Shown: in pieces, positions 56,367-64,000 of the stretch
How the letters are laid out: the number at the start of each line of letters is the position of its first letter
How positions within the stretch are numbered: the stretch's first letter is position 1
Source: Emiliania huxleyi CCMP1516
Lineage: Eukaryota
Assembly: GCF_000372725.1 (NCBI RefSeq)
Contig: NW_005202428.1
Span: 2,766,670 to 2,830,669, forward strand
Direction of reading: 5' to 3'
DNA length: 64,000 nucleotides
Translations under genes and position numbers: made by a program
The notes under the pieces: model-generated
Told to the model about the DNA's origin: nothing
What the model saw: the letters and a program-made list of their open reading frames with translations, nothing else
Database searches by the model: none

Positions 56367-57350
56367 ACGCCTCACGCCTCGCGCCTCGCGCCTCGCGCCT
56401 CACACCTCGCGCCTCGCGCGCCTCAAGCTGGAGCCCAGACCCCACTCCCCGCCACCCCGCCACCCCGCCCCCCCGCCCCCCCGCCCCCCCGCCCCCCCGC
56501 CAGGTGCCTCCCTTCCACCTGAAGCGCTTCCCGCTCCTCGCCGGGCTCATCATCGCCTGCTGCCGCGGCATCCCTCCCCCCCCCTCCCCCGGCTGCCGCA
56601 CGCCCCTCCCTCTCCTCACCCTCTCCCCCCGTACTCCAACCACACCTCCAGGACTCCTGCTCAACTTTGGTATTATCTTAAAACTAAGAATATAATAGGC
56701 TTCCTGCTCAACTTTGGCGTCTACTATGCGACGCGCGAGGCGCTCGGCCTCGGCTTCCGCTGGTCGCCGCAGGTGCCGCTGCCAGAGCCAGCTCAGCCCA
56801 CACGTCGTGACTCCGTCCCTGACCCCCCCCCCCCCCTCCCCCCATTTGGCCTCACTGTCTGTTGGCCGTCGCCGGCGCCACACCCACACACACTCCCAGC
56901 GCCGTCCGCTGCAGCTGCCCTCTCCTCCCTCCCCGCGGGCCCAGCAGTGGTACCCAACGGTCCTCCCTCGCGCCGCAGGTGTCCTTCCTCGCGCGCTTCA
57001 TGACCGTGTACGGCGTCGTCATCGCGGCGACCAAGGACTTGCCCGACGTCGAGGGCGACCGCAAGGGCGGGATCGAGACCTTCGCCACACGCCTCGGCAC
57101 CGGGCGCGTCGCTGCCGCAGCCACCGCCATGCTCGCTCTCAACTACGTCGGCGCGATCGCCACCGCCCTCGCCGCCGCGCCGGGCGTCTTCCGCACCACA
57201 CTCATGGCGGGCGGCCACGCCCTCGCCGCCGGCTGGCTTGGCCTGGCTTGGCGGCGGCTAGAGGTTGCCTCCGCCGCCTCGATCAAGCGCTTCTACGGCC
57301 AGATCTGGAACCTCTTCTACTTTGAGTACATCCTCTACCTCTTCATCTAA
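55462..57350 (+). CDS. HST: Homogentisate solanesyltransferase (UbiA family, plastoquinone synthesis), multi-exon
   Basis: [82 protein letters not shown].EY. Confidence 0.92.
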
Positions 57351-57910
57351 GCGCGGGAGGCGGTACGAGGCGGCGCGGAGCGACATGGGGTGCCGCGGTG
57401 ATGGATGTCGACCGCGATACAGGAGTACGTGACGCCCCTGGTGGTCGGAATTGAGCTCTCGTAATATATATGTTGGATGTGGATGCATTCGGCCGTAATG
57501 TTAACGTGTATACGTCTTTCACGACAACACGAGCTCGCCGCCGAAGAGTGAAAAGTGCACGAACGCGGGCGCGGCCAGCCCAGCCCGCCCAGCCGCCTGC
57601 GCCTCGCGGCCGGGCGCGAGCTAGCGGTGTAGCGCCCGGCCCGCGGCCCGGCGCCGGCGAAGAACCGGAGAAGCCGCATGAACGCGGGGATGAGACGGCA
57701 CGATAGACCATAGTTTTGATTGTGCGTTGTGGATGTTCTGGGGGAGATATTCACGGTTCTTGTTCTTGAGTTGGGAAAATGGGCATGCACATCCACATGC
57801 ATATGCACATCCACACGCACATGCCACATGCACATGTACATGTGTTGTTGTTGTGCATGTGCATGTTGTAACAAAAACACACACGTGCCCCTGTTATCTT
57901 GGAGCACTTG

Positions 57911-58007
57911 AAGAACCCTGCACAAAGATCGCAAGGGCGGGGACCTGTTCCTTTTTACCCATCTCACAGTAGAGAGGTGTCCGTTTTTATTTATTTATTT
58001 ATTTATT
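57911..58007 (+). mobile_element. Family E short insertion with (TTTA)n tail and TSD
   Basis: TTGGAGCACTTG at 57899-57910 and 58006-58017. Confidence 0.8.
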
Positions 58008-58330
58008 GGAGCACTTGGAGTGCAGTCATTAACCGCACGCCCAGGGCCGGGGAGCTAAGAAGCGCACCCAGAGGCCGGACGATTGGTACCGGGCTACGGG
58101 CAAGATAGCCCTGACCCCTCTAGGGTGGGTGGGTGCGCGTTATCCTCCGCAGCGGAAAGAGTGGGCCCCGGGTGTAAATAAAAGGGCGACGGACGCTTGC
58201 GTCCTAGCCTCCAACAACGCCTCCCCGGCGCAGAGGGGCCCCAGGAGGGATGCTCAACCGCTCCATGCCACGCCGCTTGCGGCGGTCCTATTCCCAGCTC
58301 AGCTGAGGAGCACTTGGAGCACTTGGAGTG
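58006..58330 (-). mobile_element. Family A/C composite bounded by CTCCAAGTG repeats at both ends
   Basis: Order on the minus strand: end-repeat, module C, A body, end-repeat. Confidence 0.8.
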
Positions 58331-58334
58331 ACGA

Positions 58335-59277
58335 CGTGTGGACGGATGGAAAAAAGCCCCCCTCTCATGGCTGGCCCTGGGCATGGCCTCTCTCTCTCTG
58401 GGTCAGCTGGGTCCGGGTCTGCAACTCGCACGGCGGGTCCGCGTCCGCCGTTTCATCTCGAGTTTGCCCGAGTGGTAAACGCAATCGAAATTTGGGTAAA
58501 CGCTGCAACGATCGGGAAAGTTGGCCGGATGGTCTGGGGAATCAAAAGAAAGGGATAAACCAAGCGCCGCCAATTAGCTTAAGATCGACATCCCCTCCGG
58601 CTACGACAAGATGCACGTGATCTGGTTGGTCCTCACGGGGTTGACCCGTCCGTCTCCTCCATCCAGATCAAGACGGACTCCATGGACGGCCGAGCAATGT
58701 TTGTTCATTCATATTATTAATTAATGCTTTCGCACGGCTGAGCCCCCCCTCCCTCCCCCGCGCCCATCCCCTGCCTGCCCTCCCCCGCCACGCGCCGTCC
58801 GAGCCCTCTCCGCTCTTGCACAGGAGGAAATTGGAATTAATCAGATGGCTTCAACAAATCATGATTGGGAGAGGGGGGACGACACCGCCCGATCTACCCT
58901 CCGGGGTCCCTCGGCGGCGTGCACCTCGATCCTGGACCGCCGAGTGATGGGGTCCCAAAATGTCGTGAGGCAGTGCATCCGACTGCCCCGGATCCAGCTG
59001 AACGAGCTCCTCTTGTAGCATGAGCACTCTCATGGTCTTGCTATGATCCACGGTCGCAGCTGGAGAGGAGGTCCTGGGGAACGGGAACTGATGGACCTCT
59101 CTCCAGCGGAGGGAACGACCCGGCCCGATTCTTCTGGTCCGCGTACACCTCCCGCCGTTCGGTGAGCTTGCGCCTTGTGCATGCCGATGGCAGCCCATGT
59201 GGCGGACGGCATGCACTTTGGGGTGTTCATGGGGTCCCGTACCATGCGGAATCGACCCTATCCAGTGCTCAAGTGCT
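58335..59277 (+). mobile_element. Long family B element, internally rearranged
   Basis: Homologous to rc of 46405-47580. Confidence 0.75.
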
Positions 59278-59285
59278 ACCGTGAG

Positions 59286-59945
59286 GGTGAACCTTCTTTT
59301 ATAGACGGCTAGGATTGAGAGCAGCCTCGCTCTCAACCCTAGAAGTCGAAGGATTGTGAGCAGCAGTCCTCGCAATCGTAGCATCTCTGTCGGCGATTGT
59401 GAGCGCCTACGCTCGCAATCCTACATCTTCTAGGACTAAGAGCAGCTCCGCTCCCAAGGTGACTGGCTGGTGACGCCTACGACTACTGCCAGCGCGCTCA
59501 CAATCCGAGCAAAGTCTAGGGTTGCGAGCAGCACTGCTCACAATCCTAGCAACATGCCTCCTATTACGAGCAGTAGCGCGCGCAATCCTACATGTACATG
59601 TCTGTATGTCGGACTATGAGCGGCTGCGCTCACTCACAATCGTACCAAAGATCCAAGGATTGCTGGCAGGTGCACAGGGGGCGCTCCCAATCGCTCCAGC
59701 CGCGAGCGCTTGTGAGCGCGCCGGGATGGTCTCCTCACAATCCAAACAGTGATCCCACCGATTGCGAGGGGACCCGCTCGCAATCCTATAGTCTATAGAA
59801 GATAGATGTAGGATTGCGAGCGTAGGCGCTCACAAGCACAGAGATGCTACGATTGCGAGGAGTGCTGCTCACAATCCTTAGACTTCTAGGATTGAGAGCG
59901 AGGCTGCTCTGATCAATCCTAGCCGTCTAGAAAAGAAGGTTCACC
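59286..59945. mobile_element. Foldback-type element with ~150-bp TIRs built from palindromic 11-6-11 units
   Basis: GGTGAACCTTCTTTT.TAGACGGCTAGGATTGA... mirrored at 59800-59945; about 14 GATTGYGAGC-N6-GCTCRCAATC units. Confidence 0.85.
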
Positions 59946-60014
59946 TCAAGTGAGGGCCCCGCGTTATTTTGTCGCCGTTCGGTCTGTTTCGGCCGAGCTA
60001 ACGTTGGTGCTGTC

Positions 60015-62667
60015 ATGGCTGCTGCAACCGATGGGGAGAGTTCGCTGGTGCGATCTCGCATCTACTCTGTGATATCCGAGGCACGCGCTTCGCTGACGAA
60101 TCCATCCAGGCCCTTCACGCCGAACGTCAAGGAGCGCCGCTCGCTGTGCGACGAGCGCAGTCAGCTTGTGGGAGGAATGCGCACTGAAATGAACTTGAGG
60201 GCGGGCTGTGTGGTGCGCCCGCTTCGAACGATCGACGTCTCAAAGAAGTCCCCGTTGCATGCGTCGTTGCGTGCGACGGCGGCTTCGGCAGCCGCCCTAT
60301 CCCATTCCATCGGCGATGCGCAAGTGCTCACGCTCGAGCCACAGGAGGCCAGCACCCCAGGGCGCAGCAAACAGATCCATCACGACGACGATCGATGGTG
60401 GTTGTCGATTGAAGAACTTCTGAACGAGCTCTGCAGTGGCGCCAGCGGGAAAGAGGAGCGAATGTGTGAGATTTGCGAAGACCTGTGGCGACACCTGAGC
60501 ATGCAATGCGGCGACGCAAAGCCGCGCGCGCGCTGGCTGGGCGGCTGTGTCGGCCACCGTCGCTCGGGTCGCGTCGTCGAGGCGTGCGCTCGGCTGATGC
60601 ACCGCCCAGATACCAAACTGCAGCTGCGCCTGGCCCGCCTCATCCTCGCCTGTGAGCCAGACGCGCACACACTCAGTGCCGTGCTGAAGAGCGTGTTCAA
60701 GTTCTCGAAGGATGAGCGCAACGACTCCTCCTTTGGAACGCTCGAGCTCTTGCCGCTCCTGATGCATCGACTGACCGCTGCCATCTCTGCCGTTGTGGGC
60801 CCGCTGACCACGGCCACAGCTCGGACATCCGATGCGTTGCACAGCGAGGCTTGTTTTGAGGCTGCGCTCTACGCGGCGGCCGCCCTCAAGAACCTCTCGG
60901 CGGACACGGACAACGGCCGAGCTCTCACAAAGCTTGGAGCGGTTGGAGCGTTCACTCACGGCCTAAAGAGACTATTAGCGTTGCTGCGAGATTCATCGCG
61001 CCCTGCGACGGCCTCGCTGCCCGCGACGGCCTCGCTAGTCCGCTCAGGGGTTGACCAGTCCCTCGCCGGCCGACGCGAGTGCCGGCTCCTCTTGCAGCTG
61101 ACGGTGGCGTTGCGCAATCTCGCCGTGATCGGAGGCGCCGCGAACGGATTTGTCGTTTGTGGGGCAGTTGAGGTGCTATGCGACACAATGGGAGCAGTGC
61201 CGTTCGACGCAGACGTGTCCCTCGCTTGCGCTCGTGTTCTCGCGAAGCTGTCCCTCGACGCTGAGGCGCCTCGCGCCACCGTTTGTCGCCCAGCGCTCGG
61301 GGGCTGCTTACGTTGGCTCGTCCATCGCATAGGTTCAGAGGCGCCTCGGTACCAACCGACGCCTCGCCGAGATACTCCTCGTAACAATGAAGGCCCATTG
61401 CCCGCCCGACAGCCGCTGTCATGAAGCATTGCTGGTGCGTCTCTCTTTCGTCCTGGGCAACCTCACCGCTTGCTCTGCGGCGAGCCGCTCAAACCTCGCC
61501 TCCGCTCTCCCCGCCCTCCTCAAGCTCCTTTCCTACCACACAGCTGCCTTCCTCCGCGCGGTCGCTTCCGCACAGGGAGGCAACGCCGGCTGCGCGGCCA
61601 AGGCTATGCGCGAGCACAGCTTGGAGCCATTATCCGCTCCGGGTGTCGTGGCATCGAGTGGCTGCAGCGGAACCCCCTCTGAGGCCAGCATGGACGGCTC
61701 GGTTGGCGGCGCCGCAGCCAGCGATGTTGGTGGACTGTCCGATGTCCTCACCAAGCTCATTCGTCTTATTGCCCATTTAGCGATGAACGAGGCGGAGGGT
61801 GTTGCGATCTCTCGCGCCCATGAAACCGCAAGTCTGCTGGAGTTGCTTGCGGCTCTGCCGCTGGAGCCCACGCCACTCGGGAACGCGTCTCCGCTTGCGC
61901 TGGAGGAGCTGCGGCTTAACACGACGTCGGCCGTGACCAACCTCAGCTTCTACTCGACTGGCGACAACGTACTTCTCAACGATGCGCATGTGCTCCTTTG
62001 CCAACTGCTAGCCCAAGCTCTGACCTACCCAAATGAGGAGGGCGTCGTCGAGGCTGCCCGTGCGATTGGCAACCTCTCTCGGACCGCCGCGGCCCGGCAG
62101 AGTCTTTGTTCGCTGCACGCCAGCGAGGCTCTGCTGCTTCTCCTGGGCCATTCATCGGCATCTGTGGTCAATGCATCCTGCGGGGCGCTCGTCAATCTCG
62201 CGGGCGACCCTCGCTGCCTGTCGCACCTGTCTTCCCTGCGAGCTACCCCGCGCGTGGCCGAGGCTATGCTGCTCCAATTAGAGACGATGCATGCCGCCGC
62301 GTCCAGATCGTGTGGGGAGGGCGGGGCGACGACCCAAGCTTACGAGGGCTACGGCGCGGTCGCGGCGGAAGCTGCACTGATGGCAGCCAAGACGCTGTGC
62401 AATCTACTATCGTCAGGACTCGACAGCGACACATGTCCCGGAGAGCATCTGCTCGATTGGTCAGCTCGCCACGCACTGACCACCGCATTGGCCCCCCTGG
62501 CAACCAAGCAAACACTAACATGGAAGACAGATGCGGGCGAGTGGCCGCACGTGGCATGGCTCCTGATGAGTCTCTTGCGGCCCGAAGGTGGGCGGGAGCA
62601 GGGGCGAGGGGAGGGAGTGGTCTGCAAAGAGAAGAGGAGAACTGTCGAGCAAGTCTGCAAGACATGA
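60015..62667 (+). CDS. ARMC2: Armadillo repeat-containing protein 2 (ciliary); GC-AG intron at 61266-61332
   Basis: EAR.SL..PSRPFTP, FKFSKDERND, RLSFVLGNLTA, EEL.LN...A.TNLSFY, EAARA.GNLSR, CGALVNL; the intron joins the two ORFs in frame. Confidence 0.8.
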
Positions 62668-64000
62668 GTGTGAGTGTGGCTCAAGTACATGTACCCCAAA
62701 AGTGCATGTCGAATACCAGCTGTGTTCATCATGTCGCCCCATGCTTGTCTACAAGTAGGTGCTCCAACCTCCACAAGTGCTCCAAGTGCTTGTCGCGTAA
62801 CGCTCAACCCCGGTCCGTCCACACTTGTGAGCTGTGAGCTATGTAGTGGGGGGGTCCACTTTGTTTGGCAGCCCGACGGCGAGTGAGACGACTCCTCCCC
62901 GAGAGCTGTGGGACACGCGATTTCAAACAGACCTGTTTTGATTGCGTTCTCAAAGATTAATTTCGTATCCCAGCGCTGAGCGGCTCTCTCTCTTGTCCGT
63001 CTCAGACCAGGAGAGGGGTCCCGTACTGCGTAATATATCGACCCTGCCTGAGTATAAGGAATAGCGACAGACCGACCGACCGGCTATCTATCTAGTGCTC
63101 AAGTGCTCAGTGAAATGCAGCACGCAACGAAAAGAATTTAACAAAAACAACTGTCTCTGGCAGACAGGTTCGACACAGGCGCGGAATGGCACACGAAAAG
63201 AATTTTACAACAAAGCTCCCTCGCACGACACTGGGCACGGGACTGGCGCGCACTGGCACTAACAAAAGCGGAATTAGCCTGCTGCTGTTGCAAATCCGCA
63301 ACTCTAGTGGTCCCGAAACGCGGCCCCGTGTCAGCGATCCGGGAATGAAGAAGGTGCCGCGCGCGGCCGGCTGCCATTGGCGACGAGTCTGCTGGCGCTG
63401 GCTGCGGCGCGCCTGCAGCAGGTTGCCATGGCGAGCGCCCACAACGAAGCGAGATCTGGCACCAGACGAGGGAGAGCCCGCGCCGGCGCCCAGCTTTGTG
63501 CTCCCACCGCTGGTCCTTCCGATGGTGTTGCCGGTTTTTGGCCCCATTGCGCTGCCAGTTAGTGTATTCCAGGTCCCCGTCCCCTTTTGATGCTTAGTGC
63601 GTCTTGGCTGTGAGAGCACCGGATACACTGATGATATCAATCTTCTAGAGACCCCCTTCTCCCTCTCTTTTGACGCATCTGTTCGTTGCACAATGTAGGG
63701 CATGCACATCCCGTTGGCGTCACGCGTGCTCCTAGGATACGACAGAGTGTGCCAAAAGCGTGTACGAGGAAAGCAGACGGACATAGCAAGGCGCACGAAC
63801 TATGTCAGTGAACTAATATCAGAGGACAAAGCTAAAATGCCGCGCGCCCGGGCGCCGTCGGCCCTCTTGCTCTTCGCTGAGCTCGCACGTCGCAGCGCGC
63901 GGCCCCCCGGCCCCCCGCGGCAAGCGCCCGGCCGCCGCCGCTGCTTGCGGCTTGCGGGCCACGCACCGGCACGCCCCTTGCCCTTGGCTCAGCATTTGCG

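Noticed and set aside
59351..59546. Similarity to the lac operator (ATTGTGAGC...GCTCACAAT), suggesting vector contamination
   Set aside because: The units have 6-bp variable cores, are degenerate and sit inside TIRs; no other vector sequence is present.
59286..59945. CRISPR array
   Set aside because: The locus is eukaryotic, the linkers are only ~10-20 nt, the array is mirror-symmetric and there are no cas genes.

Overview
Eukaryotic, very GC-rich nuclear DNA with three assembly gaps (3721-3839, 7865-7964, 17953-18052). Short GC-AG introns (gcgcg-type donors), GGCCGAGAT-type minisatellites and a plastid-targeted protein suggest a haptophyte alga of the Emiliania/Gephyrocapsa type (inference). 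About 15 genes are recognisable: ACBP(+GOLD-like), homeobox, GT31-like glycosyltransferase, FAD4/TMEM189 desaturase, F-box/LRR, NCKX exchanger, Mpv17/PMP22, ShK-prolyl 4-hydroxylase, mitochondrial carrier plus a chimeric partial duplicate, MPS1 kinase, ADA3-like, PLP aminotransferase, LRR protein, EF-hand protein, homogentisate solanesyltransferase and ARMC2. Intergenic DNA is packed with nested mobile elements: hAT and Harbinger-like MITEs, a foldback element, a 5'-truncated RNase H non-LTR retrotransposon with T-rich tails, a copia relic and unclassified structured repeats. The most notable observations are an MPS1 kinase ending in a polyproline plus WASP-like WCA tail, an array of 11-6-11 palindromic sites next to the ARMC2 start, a self-complementary repeat family with CAAGTGCTC ends in permuted order, an LRR protein with an eIF4E-binding-like motif, and many introns bordered by duplicated exon sequence. 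All alignments were done by eye and some boundaries are approximate.
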